Source: Auanema rhodensis (Eukaryota; Animalia; Nematoda). Taken from it: a stretch of 64,000 nucleotides of DNA. This document shows positions 40,362-54,900 of the stretch, one piece after another. The position numbers and the translations under genes are program-made. Below the pieces are notes generated by a model. That model was not told where the DNA came from. It worked only from the letters and a program-made list of their open reading frames with translations, and searched no databases. The stretch spans positions 16,988,001-17,052,000 of the forward strand of contig OZ059898.1 of assembly GCA_964057225.1 (NCBI GenBank), given 5' to 3'. Position 1 is the first letter of the stretch. Every line of letters begins with the position of its first letter.

Positions 40362-41329
40362 TTTTTCGAAAAAATTTTTGTCAAAATGTTTTTGGAAGCA
40401 ATGTTGAGTGTACATGGAAACTCAACATACACTAATGCATCATTTTTCAAACGATCATAACTAATTTTTGTATTAAGCGTTTCTCAATGTAGTACAGTGC
40501 ATTCGATGCCGATTTTCAAGCTGCGTCGATCTGTGTTATCAGATTTTCGCTAGCTTAAAAATGCACCGAGATATCAACTGATATAAGTTCACACTTATAT
40601 CCTCGATTTTCACCCTGAAGAATTAATTTTTTCGTTGAATAACATTGTCCATCGTCTTTGCCTTGAAAAAAGGAATCTAAAAACATCTACTTTTTGCTAA
40701 ATTATTCTGAAATTTTTCGAAAAAATTTTTGTCAAAATGTTTTTGGAAGCAATGTTGAGTGTACATGGAAACTCAACATACACTAATGCATCATTTTTCA
40801 AACGATCATAACTAATTTTTGTATTAAGCGTTTCTCAATGTAGTATAGTGCATTCGATGCGGATTTTTAAGCTGCGTCGATCTGTGTTATCAGATTTGCG
40901 CTAGCTTAAAAATGCACCGAGATATGAACTGATATAAGTTCACACTTATATCCTCGATTTTCACCCTGAAGAATTATTTTTTTCGTTGAATAACATTGTC
41001 CATCGTCTTTGCCTTGAAAAAAGAAATCTAAAAACATCTATTTTTTGCTAAATTATTCTGAAATTTTTCGAAAAAATTTTTGTCAAAATGTTTTTGGAAG
41101 CAATGTTGAGTGTACATGGAAACTCAACATACACTAATGCATCATTTTTCAAACGATCATAACTAATTTTTGTATTAAGCGTTTCTCAATGTAGTACAGT
41201 GCATTCGATGCCGATTTTCAAGCTGCGTCGATCTGTGTTATCAGATTTTCGCTAGCTTAAAAATGCACCGAGATATCAACTGATATAAGTTCACACTTAT
41301 ATCCTCGATTTTCACCCTGAAGAATTATT

Positions 41330-44300
41330 TTTTTCGTTGAATAACATTGTCCATCGTCTTTGCCTTGAAAAAAGAAATCTAAAAACATCTACTTTTTGCT
41401 AAATTATTCTGAAATTTTTCGAAAAAATTTTTGTCAAAATGTTTTTGGAAGCAATGTTGAGTGTACATGGAAACTCAACATACACTAATGCATCATTTTT
41501 CAAACGATCATAACTAATTTTTGTATTAAGCGTTTCTCAATGTAGTACAGTGCATTCGATGCCGATTTTCAAGCTGCGTCGATCTGTGTTATCAGATTTT
41601 CGCTAGCTTAAAAATGCACCGAGATATCAACTGATATAAGTTCACACTTATATCCTCGATTTTCACCCTGAAGAATTAATTTTTTCGTTGAATAACTTTG
41701 TCCATCGTCTTTGCCTTGAAAAAAGGAATCTAAAAACATCTACTTTTTGCTAAATTATTCTGAAGTTTTTCGAAAAAATTTTTGTCAAAATGTTTTTGGA
41801 AGCAATGTTGAGTGTACATGGAAACTCAACATACACTAATGCATCATTTTTCAAACGATCATAACTAATTTTTGTATTAAGCGTTTCTCAATGTAGTATA
41901 GTGCATTCGATGCGGATTTTTAAGCTGCGTCGATCTGTGTTATCAGATTTGCGCTAGCTGAAAAATGCACCGAGATATCAACTGATATAAGTTCACACTT
42001 ATATCCTCGATTTTCACCCTGAAGAAATAATTTTTTCGTTGAATAACATTGTCCATCGTCTTTGCCTTGAAAAAAGGAATCTAAAAACATCTACTTTTGC
42101 TAAATTATTTTGAAGTTTTTCGAAAAAATTTTGTCAAAATGTTTTTGGAAGCAATGTTGAGTGTACATGGAAACTCAACATACACTAATGCATCATTTTT
42201 CAAACGATCATAACTAATTTTTGTATTAAGCGTTTCTCAATGTAGTATAGTGCATTCGATGCGGATTTTCAAGCTGCGTCGATCTGTGTTATCAGATTTG
42301 CGCTAGCTTAAAAATGCACCGAGATATCAACTGATATAAGTTCACACTTATATCCTCGATTTTCACCCTGAAGAATTATTTTTTTCGTTGAATAACATTG
42401 TCCATCGTCTTTGCCTTGAAAAAAGAAATCTAAAAACATCTACTTTTTGCTAAATTATTTTGAAGTTTTTCGAAAAAATTTTTGTCACAATGTTTTTGGA
42501 AGCAATGTTGAGTGTACATGGAAACTCAACATACACTAATGCATCATTTTTCAAACGATCATAACTAATTTTTGTATTAAGCGTTTCTCAATGTAGTATA
42601 GTGCATTCGATGCGGATTTTTAAACTGCGTCGATCTGTGTTATCAGATTTGCGCTAGCTTAAAAATGCACCGAGATATCAACTGATATAAGTTCACACTT
42701 ATATCCTCGATTTTCACCCTGAAGAATTATTATTTTCGTTGAATAACATTGTCCATCGTCTTTGCCTTGAAAAAAGGAATCTAAAAACATCTACTTTTTG
42801 CTAAATTATTTTGAAGTTTTTCGAAAAAATTTTTGTCAAAATGTTTTTGGAAGCAATGTTGAGTGTACATGGAAACTCAACATACACTAATGCATCATTT
42901 TTCAAACGATCATAACTAATTTTTGTATTAAGCGTTTCTCAATGTAGTATAGTGCATTCGATGCGGATTTTTAAGCTGCGTCGATCTGTGTTATCAGATT
43001 TGCGCTAGCTTAAAAATGCACCGAGATATCAACTGATATAAGTTCACACTTATATCCTCGATTTTCACCCTGAAGAAATAATTTTTTCGTTGAATAACAT
43101 TGTCCATCGTCTTTGCCTTGAAAAAAGAAATCTAAAAACATCTACTTTTTGCTAAATTATTCTGAAATTTTTCGAAAAAATTTTTGTCAAAATGTTTTTG
43201 GAAGCAATGTTGAGTGTACATGGAAACTCAACATACACTAATGCATCATTTTTCAAACGATCATAACTAATTTTTGTATTAAGCGTTTCTCAATGTAGTA
43301 CAGTGCATTCGATGCCGATTTTCAAGCTGCGTCGATCTGTGTTATCAGATTTTCGCTAGCTTAAAAATGCACCGAGATATCAACTGATATAAGTTCACAC
43401 TTATATCCTCGATTTTCACCCTGAAGAATTAATTTTTTCGTTGAATAACTTTGTCCATCGTCTTTGCCTTGAAAAAAGGAATCTAAAAACATCTACTTTT
43501 TGCTAAATTATTCTGAAGTTTTTCGAAAAAATTTTTGTCAAAATGTTTTTGGAAGCAATGTTGAGTGTACATGGAAACTCAACATACACTAATGCATCAT
43601 TTTTCAAACGATCATAACTAATTTTTGTATTAAGCGTTTCTCAATGTAGTATAGTGCATTCGATGCGGATTTTTAAGCTGCGTCGATCTGTGTTATCAGA
43701 TTTGCGCTAGCTTAAAAATGCACCGAGATATCAACTGATATAAGTTCACACTTATATCCTCGATTTTCACCCTGAAGAAATAATTTTTTCGTTGAATAAC
43801 ATTGTCCATCGTCTTTGCCTTGAAAAAAGGAATCTAAAAACATCTACTTTTGCTAAATTATTTTGAAGTTTTTCGAAAAAATTTTGTCAAAATGTTTTTG
43901 GAAGCAATGTTGAGTGTACATGGAAACTCAACATACACTAATGCATCATTTTTCAAACGATCATAACTAATTTTTGTATTAAGCGTTTCTCAATGTAGTA
44001 TAGTGCATTCGATGCGGATTTTCAAGCTGCGTCGATCTGTGTTATCAGATTTGCGCTAGCTTAAAAATGCACCGAGATATCAACTGATATAAGTTCACAC
44101 TTATATCCTCGATTTTCACCCTGAAGAATTATTTTTTTCGTTGAATAACATTGTCCATCGTCTTTGCCTTGAAAAAAGAAATCTAAAAACATCTACTTTT
44201 TGCTAAATTATTTTGAAGTTTTTCGAAAAAATTTTTGTCAAAATGTTTTTGGAAGCAATGTTGAGTGTACATGGAAACTCAACATACACTAATGCATCAT

Positions 44301-44835
44301 TTTTCAAACGATCATAACTAATTTTTGTATTAAGCGTTTCTCAATGTAGTATAGTGCATTCGATGCGGATTTTTAAACTGCGTCGATCTGTGTTATCAGA
44401 TTTGCGCTAGCTTAAAAATGCACCGAGATATCAACTGATATAAGTTCACACTTATATCCTCGATTTTCACCCTGAAGAATTATTATTTTCGTTGAATAAC
44501 ATTGTCCATCGTCTTTGCCTTGAAAAAAGGAATCTAAAAACATCTACTTTTTGCTAAATTATTTTGAAGTTTTTCGAAAAAATTTTTGTCAAAATGTTTT
44601 TGGAAGCAATGTTGAGTGTACATGGAAACTCAACATACACTAATGCATCATTTTTCAAACGATCATAACTAATTTTTGTATTAAGCGTTTCTCAATGTAG
44701 TATAGTGCATTCGATGCGGATTTTCAAGCTGCGTCGATCTGTGTTATCAGATTTGCGCTAGCTTAAAAATGCACCGAGATATCAACTGATATAAGTTCAC
44801 ACTTATATCCTCGATTTTCACCCTGAAGAAATAAT
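41330..44835 (+). repeat. Tandem duplication of a 5-monomer block (1753 bp)
   Basis: Markers recur at +1753 (5 x 351 - 2): AATAACTTTG 41697/43450, paired deletions at 42116/43869, TATTATTTTC 42732/44485. A few private differences exist (41960, 42488). Confidence 0.88.
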
Positions 44836-45973
44836 TTTTTCGTTGAATAACATTGTCCATCGTCTTTGCCTTGAAAAAAGGAATCTAAAAACATCTACTT
44901 TCTGCTAAATTATTTTGAAATTTTTCGAAAAAATTTTTGTCAAAATGTTTTTGGAAGCAATGTTGAGTGTACATGGAAACTCAACATACACTAATGCATC
45001 ATTTTTCAAACGATCATAACTAATTTTTGTATTAAGCGTTTCTCAATGTAGTATAGTGCATTCGATGCGGATTTTCAAGCTGCGTCGATCTGTGTTATCA
45101 GATTTGCGCTAGCTTAAAAATGCACCGAGATATCAACTGATATAAGTTCACACTTATACCCTCGATTTTCACCCTGAAGAAATAATTTTTTCGTTGAATA
45201 ACACTGTCCATCGTCTTTGCCTTGAAAAAAGGAATCTAAAAACATCTACTTTTTGCTAAATTATTTTGAAGTTTTTCGAAAAAATTTTTGTCAAAATGTT
45301 TTTGGAAGCAATGTTGAGTGTACATGGAAACTCAACATACACTAATGCATCATTTTTCAAACGATCATAACTAATTTTTGTATTAAGCGTTTCTCAATGT
45401 AGTATAGTGCATTCGATGCGGATTTTTAAGCTGCGTCGATCTGTGTTATCAGATTTGGGCTAGCTTAAAAATGCACCGAGATATCAACTGATATAAGTTC
45501 ACACTTATATCCTCGATTTTCACCCTGAAGAATTAATTTTTTCGTTGAATAACATTGTCCATCGTCTTTGCCTTGAAAAAAGGAATCTAAAAACATCTAC
45601 TTTTTGCTAAATTATTTTGAAGTTTTTCGAAAAAATTTTTGTCAAAATGTTTTTGGAAGCAATGTTGAGTGTACATGGAAACTCAACATACACTAATGCA
45701 TCATTTTTCAAACGATCATAACTAATTTTTGTATTAAGCGTTTCTCAATGTAGTATAGTGCATTCGATGCGGATTTTCAAGCTGCGTCGATCTGTGTTAT
45801 CAGATTTGCGCTAGCTTAAAAATGCACCGAGATATCAACTGATATAAGTTCACACTTATATCCTCGATTTTCACCCTGAAGAATTAATTTTTTTGTTGAA
45901 TAACATTGTCCATCGTCTTTGCCTTAAGAAAAGGAATTTGAAAACATCTACTTTTTGCTAAATTATTTTGAAA

Positions 45974-48900
45974 TTTTTCGAAAAAATTTTTGTCAAAATG
46001 TTTTTGGAAGCAATGTTGAGTGTACATGGAAACTCAACATACACTAATGCATCATTTTTCAAACGATCATAACAAATTTTTGTATTAAGCGTTTCTCAAT
46101 GTAGTATAGTGCATTCGATGCGGATTTTTAAGCTGCGTCGATCTGTGTTATGAGATTTGCGCTAGCTTAAAAATGCACCGAGATATCAACTGATATAAGT
46201 TCACACTTATATCCTCGATTTTCACCCTGAAGAATTAATTTTTTCGTTGAATAACATTGTCCATCGTCTTTGCTTTGAAAAAAGGAATCTAAAAACTTCT
46301 ATTTTTTGCTAAATTATTTTGAAATTTTTCGAAAAAATTTTTGTCAAAATGTTTTTGGAAGCAATGTTGAGTGTACATGTAAACTCAACATACACTAATG
46401 CACCATTTTTCAAACAATCATAACTAATTTTTGTATTAAGCGTTTTTCAATGTAGTATAGTGCATTTGATGCGGATTTTTAAGCTGCGTCGATCTGTGTT
46501 ATGAGATTTGCGCTAGCTTAAAAATGCACCGAGATATCAACTGATATAAGTTCACACTTATATCCTCGATTTTCACCCTGAAGAAATAATTTTTTCGTTG
46601 AATAACATTGTCCATCGTCTTTGCCTTGAAAAACGGAATCTAAAAACATCTACTTTTTGCTAAATTATTCTGAAATTTTTCGAAAAAATTTTTGTCAAAA
46701 TGTTTTTGGAAGCAATGTTGAGTGTACATGGAAACTCAACATACACTAATGCATCATTTTTCAAACGATCATAACTAATTTTTGTATTAAGCGTTTCTCA
46801 ATGTAGTATAGTGCATTCGATGCGGATTTTTAAGCTGCGTCGATCTGTGTTATCAGATTTGCGCTAGCTTAAAAATGCACCGAGATATCAACTGATATAA
46901 GTTCACACTTATATCCTCGATTTTCACCCTGAAGAATTATTTTTTTCGTTGAATAACATTGTCCATCGTCTTTGCCTTGAAAAAAGGAATCTAAAAACAT
47001 CTACTTTTTGCTAAATTATTCTGAAATTTTTCGAAAAAATTTTTGTCAAAATGTTTTTGGAAGCAATTTTGAGTGTACATGGAAACTCAACATACACTAA
47101 TGCATCATTTTTCAAACGATCATAACTAATTTTTGTATTAAGCGTTTCTCAATGTAGTATAGTGCATTTGATGCGGATTTTTAAGCTGCGTCGATCTGTG
47201 TTATCAAATTTGCGCTAGCTTAAAAATGCACCGAGATATCAACTGGTATAAGTTCACACTTATATCCTCGATTTTCACCCTGAAGAAATAATTTTTTCGT
47301 TGAATAACATTGTCCATCGTCTTTGCCTTGAAAAAAGGAATCTAAAAACATCTACTTTTTGCTAAATTATTCTGAAATTTTTCGAAAAAATTTTTGTCAA
47401 AATGTTTTTGGAAGCAATGTTGAGTGTACATGGAAACTCAACATACACTAATGCATCATTTTTCAAACGATCATAACTAATTTTTGTATTAAGCGTTTCT
47501 CAATGTAGTATAGTGCATTCGATGCGGATTTTTAAACTGCGTCGATCTGTGTTATCAGATTTGCGCTAGCTTAAAAATGCACCGAGATATCAACTGATAT
47601 AAGTTCACACTTATATCCTCGATTTTCACCCTGAAGAATTATTTTTTTCGTTGAATAACATTGTCCATCGTCTTTGCCTTGAAAAAAGGAATCTAAAAAC
47701 ATCTACTTTTTGCTAAATTATTCTGAAATTTTTCGAAAAAATTTTTGTCAAAATGTTTTTGGAAGCAATTTTGAGTGTACATGGAAACTCAACATACACT
47801 AATGCATCATTTTTCAAACGATCATAACTAATTTTTGTATTAAGCGTTTCTCAATGTAGTATAGTGCATTTGATGCGGATTTTTAAGCTGCGTCGATCTG
47901 TGTTATCAAATTTGCGCTAGCTTAAAAATGCACCGAGATATCAACTGGTATAAGTTCACACTTATATCCTCGATTTTCACCCTGAAGAAATAATTTTTTC
48001 GTTGAATAACATTGTCCATCGTCTTTGCCTTGAAAAAAGGAATCTAAAAACATCTACTTTTTGCTAAATTATTCTGAAATTTTTCGAAAAAATTTTTGTC
48101 AAAATGTTTTTGGAAGCAATGTTGAGTGTACATGGAAACTCAACATACACTAATGCATCATTTTTCAAACGATCATAACTAATTTTTGTATTAAGCGTTT
48201 ATCAATGTAGTATAGTGCATTCGATGCGGATTTTTAAACTGCGTCGATCTGTGTTATCAGATTTGCGCTAGCTTAAAAATGCACCGAGATATGAACTGAT
48301 ATAAGTTCACACTTATATCCTCGATTTTCACCCTGAAGAATTATTTTTTTCGTTGAATAACATTGTCCATCGTCTTTGCCTTGAAAAAAGGAATTTGAAA
48401 ACATCTACTTTTTGCTAAATTATTTTGAAATTTTTCGAAAAAATTTTTGTCAAAATGTTTTTGGAAGCAATGTTGAGTGTACATGGAAACTCAACATACA
48501 CTAATGCATCATTTTTCAAACGATCATAACAAATTTTTGTATTAAGCGTTTCTCAATGTAGTATAGTGCATTCGATGCGGATTTTTAAGCTGCGTCGATC
48601 TGTGTTATGAGATTTGCGCTAGCTTAAAAATGCACCGAGATATCAACTGATATAAGTTCACACTTATATCCTCGATTTTCACCCTGAAGAATTAATTTTT
48701 TCGTTGAATAACATTGTCCATCGTCTTTGCTTTGAAAAAAGGAATCTAAAAACTTCTATTTTTTGCTAAATTATTTTGAAATTTTTCGAAAAAATTTTTG
48801 TCAAAATGTTTTTGGAAGCAATGTTGAGTGTACATGTAAACTCAACATACACTAATGCACCATTTTTCAAACAATCATAACTAATTTTTGTATTAAGCGT

Positions 48901-51900
48901 TTTTCAATGTAGTATAGTGCATTTGATGCGGATTTTTAAGCTGCGTCGATCTGTGTTATGAGATTTGCGCTAGCTTAAAAATGCACCGAGATATCAACTG
49001 ATATAAGTTCACACTTATATCCTCGATTTTCACCCTGAAGAATTCTTTTTTTCGTTGAATAACATTGTCCATCGTCTTTGCCTTGAAAAAAGAAATCTAA
49101 AAACATCTACTTTTTGCTAAATTATTCTGAAATTTTTCGAAAAAATTTTTGTCAAAATGTTTTTGGAAGCAATTTTGAGTGTACATGGAAACTCAACATA
49201 CACTAATGCATCATTTTTCAAACGATCATAACTAATTTTTGTATTAAGCGTTTCTCAATGTAGTATAGTGCATTTGATGCGGATTTTTAAGCTGCGTCGG
49301 TCTGTGTTATCAAATTTGCGCTAGCTTAAAAATGCACCGAGATATCAACTGGTATAAGTTCACACTTATATCCTCGATTTTCACCCTGAAGAAATAATTT
49401 TTTCGTTGAATAACATTGTCCATCGTCTTTGCCTTGAAAAAAGGAATCTAAAAACATCTACTTTTTGCTAAATTATTCTGAAATTTTTCGAAAAAATTTT
49501 TGTCAAAATGTTTTTGGAAGCAATGTTGAGTGTACATGGAAACTCAACATACACTAATGCATCATTTTTCAAACGATCATAACTAATTTTTGTATTAAGC
49601 GTTTCTCAATGTAGTATAGTGCATTCGATGCGGATTTTTAAACTGCGTCGATCTGTGTTATCAGATTTGCGCTAGCTTAAAAATGCACCGAGATATGAAC
49701 TGATATAAGTTCACACTTATATCCTCGATTTTCACCCTGAAGAATTATTTTTTTCGTTGAATAACATTGTCCATCGTCTTTGCCTTGAAAAAAGGAATCT
49801 AAAAACATCTACTTTTTGCTAAATTATTCTGAAATTTTTCGAAAAAATTTTTGTCAAAATGTTTTTGGAAGCAATGTTGAGTGTACATGGAAACTCAACA
49901 TTCACTAATGCATCATTTTTCAAACGATCATAACTAATTTTTGTATTAAGCGTTTCTCAATGTAGTATAGTGCATTCGATGCGGATTTTTAAACTGCGTC
50001 GATCTGTGTTATCAGATTTGCGCTAGCTTAAAAATGCACCGAGATATGAACTGATATAAGTTCACACTTATATCCTCGATTTTCACCCTGAAGAATTATT
50101 TTTTTCGTTGAATAACATTGTCCATCGTCTTTGCCTTGAAAAAAGGAATCTAAAAACATCTACTTTTTGCTAAATTATTCTGAAATTTTTCGAAAAAATT
50201 TTTGTCAAAATGTTTTTGGAAGCAATGTTGAGTGTACATGGAAACTCAACATACACTAATGCATCATTTTTCAAACGATCATAACTAATTTTTGTATTAA
50301 GCGTTTCTCAATGTAGTATAGTGCATTCGATGCGGATTTTTAAACTGCGTCGATCTGTGTTATCAGATTTGCGCTAGCTTAAAAATGCACCGAGATATCA
50401 ACTGATATAAGTTCACACTTATATCCTCGATTTTCACCCTGAAGAATTATTTTTTTCGTTGAATAACATTGTCCATCGTCTTTGCCTTGAAAAAAGGAAT
50501 CTAAAAACATCTACTTTTTGCTAAATTATTCTGAAATTTTTCGAAAAAATTTTTGTCAAAATGTTTTTGGAAGCAATTTTGAGTGTACATGGAAACTCAA
50601 CATACACTAATGCATCATTTTTCAAACGATCATAACTAATTTTTGTATTAAGCGTTTCTCAATGTAGTATAGTGCATTTGATGCGGATTTTTAAGCTGCG
50701 TCGATCTGTGTTATCAAATTTGCGCTAGCTTAAAAATGCACCGAGATATCAACTGGTATAAGTTCACACTTATATCCTCGATTTTCACCCTGAAGAAATA
50801 ATTTTTTCGTTGAATAACATTGTCCCTCGTCTTTGCCTTGAAAAAAGGAATCTAAAAACATCTACTTTTTGCTAAATTATTCTGAAATTTTTCGAAAAAA
50901 TTTTTGTCAAAATGTTTTTGGAAGCAATGTTGAGTGTACATGGAAACTCAACATACACTAATGCATCATTTTTCAAACGATCATAACTAATTTTTGTATT
51001 AAGCGTTTCTCAATGTAGTATAGTGCATTCGATGCGGATTTTTAAACTGCGTCGATCTGTGTTATCAGATTTGCGCTAGCTTAAAAATGCACCGAGATAT
51101 GAACTGATATAAGTTCACACTTATATCCTCGATTTTCACCCTGAAGAATTATTTTTTTCGTTGAATAACATTGTCCATCGTCTTTGCCTTGAAAAAAGGA
51201 ATCTAAAAACTTCTATTTTTTGCTAAATTATTTTGAAATTTTTCGAAAAAATTTTTGTCAAAATGTTTTTGGAAGCAATGTTGAGTGTACATGTAAACTC
51301 AACATACACTAATGCACCATTTTTCAAACAATCATAACTAATTTTTGTATTAAGCGTTTTTCAATGTAGTATAGTGCATTTGATGCGGATTTTTAAGCTG
51401 CGTCGATCTGTGTTATGAGATTTGCGCTAGCTTAAAAATGCACCGAGATATCAACTGATATAAGTTCACACTTATATCCTCGATTTTCACCCTGAAGAAA
51501 TAATTTTTTCGTTGAATATCATTGTCCATCGTCTTTGCCTTGAAAAACGGAATCTAAAAACATCTACTTTTTGCTAAATTATTCTGAAATTTTTCGAAAA
51601 AATTTTTGTCAAAATGTTTTTGGAAGCAATGTTGAGTGTACATGGAAACTCAACATACACTAATGCATCATTTTTCAAACGATCATAACTAATTTTTGTA
51701 TTAAGCGTTTCTCAATGTAGTATAGTGCATTCGATGCGGATTTTTAAGCTGCGTCGATCTGTGTTATCAGATTTGCGCTAGCTTAAAAATGCACCGAGAT
51801 ATCAACTGATATAAGTTCACACTTATATCCTCGATTTTCACCCTGAAGAATTATTTTTTTCGTTGAATAACATTGTCCATCGTCTTTGCCTTGAAAAAAG

Positions 51901-54900
51901 GAATCTAAAAACATCTACTTTTTGCTAAATTATTCTGAAATTTTTCGAAAAAATTTTTGTCAAAATGTTTTTGGAAGCAATTTTGAGTGTACATGGAAAC
52001 TCAACATACACTAATGCATCATTTTTCAAACGATCATAACTAATTTTTGTATTAAGCGTTTCTCAATGTAGTATAGTGCATTTGATGCGGATTTTTAAGC
52101 TGCGTCGGTCTGTGTTATCAAATTTGCGCTAGCTTAAAAATGCACCGAGATATCAACTGGTATAAGTTCACACTTATATCCTCGATTTTCACCCTGAAGA
52201 AATAATTTTTTCGTTGAATAACATTGTCCATCGTCTTTGCCTTGAAAAAAGGAATCTAAAAACATCTACTTTTTGCTAAATTATTCTGAAATTTTTCGAA
52301 AAAATTTTTGTCAAAATGTTTTTGGAAGCAATTTTGAGTGTACATGGAAACTCAACATACACTAATGCATCATTTTTCAAACGATCATAACTAATTTTTG
52401 TATTAAGCGTTTCTCAATGTAGTATAGTGCATTTGATGCGGATTTTTAAGCTGCGTCGGTCTGTGTTATCAAATTTGCGCTAGCTTAAAAATGCACCGAG
52501 ATATCAACTGGTATAAGTTCACACTTATATCCTCGATTTTCACCCTGAAGAAATAATTTTTTCGTTGAATAACATTGTCCATCGTCTTTGCCTTGAAAAA
52601 AGGAATCTAAAAACATCTACTTTTTGCTAAATTATTCTGAAATTTTTCGAAAAAATTTTTGTCAAAATGTTTTTGGAAGCAATGTTGAGTGTACATGGAA
52701 ACTCAACATACACTAATGCATCATTTTTCAAACGATCATAACTAATTTTTGTATTAAGCGTTTCTCAATGTAGTATAGTGCATTCGATGCGGATTTTTAA
52801 ACTGCGTCGATCTGTGTTATCAGATTTGCGCTAGCTTAAAAATGCACCGAGATATGAACTGATATAAGTTCACACTTATATCCTCGATTTTCACCCTGAA
52901 GAATTATTTTTTTCGTTGAATAACATTGTCCATCGTCTTTGCCTTGAAAAAAGGAATCTAAAAACATCTACTTTTTGCTAAATTATTCTGAAATTTTTCG
53001 AAAAAATTTTTGTCAAAATGTTTTTGGAAGCAATGTTGAGTGTACATGGAAACTCAACATACACTAATGCATCATTTTTCAAACGATCATAACTAATTTT
53101 TGTATTAAGCGTTTCTCAATGTAGTATAGTGCATTCGATGCGGATTTTTAAACTGCGTCGATCTGTGTTATCAGATTTGCGCTAGCTTAAAAATGCACCG
53201 AGATATGAACTGATATAAGTTCACACTTATATCCTCGATTTTCACCCTGAAGAATTATTTTTTTCGTTGAATAACATTGTCCATCGTCTTTGCCTTGAAA
53301 AAAGGAATCTAAAAACATCTACTTTTTGCTAAATTATTCTGAAATTTTTCGAAAAAATTTTTGTCAAAATGTTTTTGGAAGCAATGTTGAGTGTACATGG
53401 AAACTCAACATACACTAATGCATCATTTTTCAAACGATCATAACTAATTTTTGTATTAAGCGTTTCTCAATGTAGTATAGTGCATTCGATGCGGATTTTT
53501 AAACTGCGTCGATCTGTGTTATCAGATTTGCGCTAGCTTAAAAATGCACCGAGATATCAACTGATATAAGTTCACACTTATATCCTCGATTTTCACCCTG
53601 AAGAATTATTTTTTTCGTTGAATAACATTGTCCATCGTCTTTGCCTTGAAAAAAGGAATCTAAAAACATCTACTTTTTGCTAAATTATTCTGAAATTTTT
53701 CGAAAAAATTTTTGTCAAAATGTTTTTGGAAGCAATTTTGAGTGTACATGGAAACTCAACATACACTAATGCATCATTTTTCAAACGATCATAACTAATT
53801 TTTGTATTAAGCGTTTCTCAATGTAGTATAGTGCATTTGATGCGGATTTTTAAGCTGCGTCGATCTGTGTTATCAAATTTGCGCTAGCTTAAAAATGCAC
53901 CGAGATATCAACTGGTATAAGTTCACACTTATATCCTCGATTTTCACCCTGAAGAAATAATTTTTTCGTTGAATAACATTGTCCATCGTCTTTGCCTTGA
54001 AAAAAGGAATCTAAAAACATCTACTTTTTGCTAAATTATTCTGAAATTTTTCGAAAAAATTTTTGTCAAAATGTTTTTGGAAGCAATGTTGAGTGTACAT
54101 GGAAACTCAACATACACTAATGCATCATTTTTCAAACGATCATAACTAATTTTTGTATTAAGCGTTTCTCAATGTAGTATAGTGCATTCGATGCGGATTT
54201 TTAAACTGCGTCGATCTGTGTTATCAGATTTGCGCTAGCTTAAAAATGCACCGAGATATGAACTGATATAAGTTCACACTTATATCCTCGATTTTCACCC
54301 TGAAGAATTATTTTTTTCGTTGAATAACATTGTCCATCGTCTTTGCCTTGAAAAAAGGAATCTAAAAACATCTACTTTTTGCTAAATTATTCTGAAATTT
54401 TTCGAAAAAATTTTTGTCAAAATGTTTTTGGAAGCAATGTTGAGTGTACATGGAAACTCAACATACACTAATGCATCATTTTTCAAACGATCATAACTAA
54501 TTTTTGTATTAAGCGTTTCTCAATGTAGTATAGTGCATTCGATGCGGATTTTTAAACTGCGTCGATCTGTGTTATCAGATTTGCGCTAGCTTAAAAATGC
54601 ACCGAGATATCAACTGATATAAGTTCACACTTATATCCTCGATTTTCACCCTGAAGAATTATTTTTTTCGTTGAATAACATTGTCCATCGTCTTTGCCTT
54701 GAAAAAAGGAATCTAAAAACATCTACTTTTTGCTAAATTATTCTGAAATTTTTCGAAAAAATTTTTGTCAAAATGTTTTTGGAAGCAATTTTGAGTGTAC
54801 ATGGAAACTCAACATACACTAATGCATCATTTTTCAAACGATCATAACTAATTTTTGTATTGAGCGTTTCTTAATGTAGTATAGTGCATTTGATGCGGAT

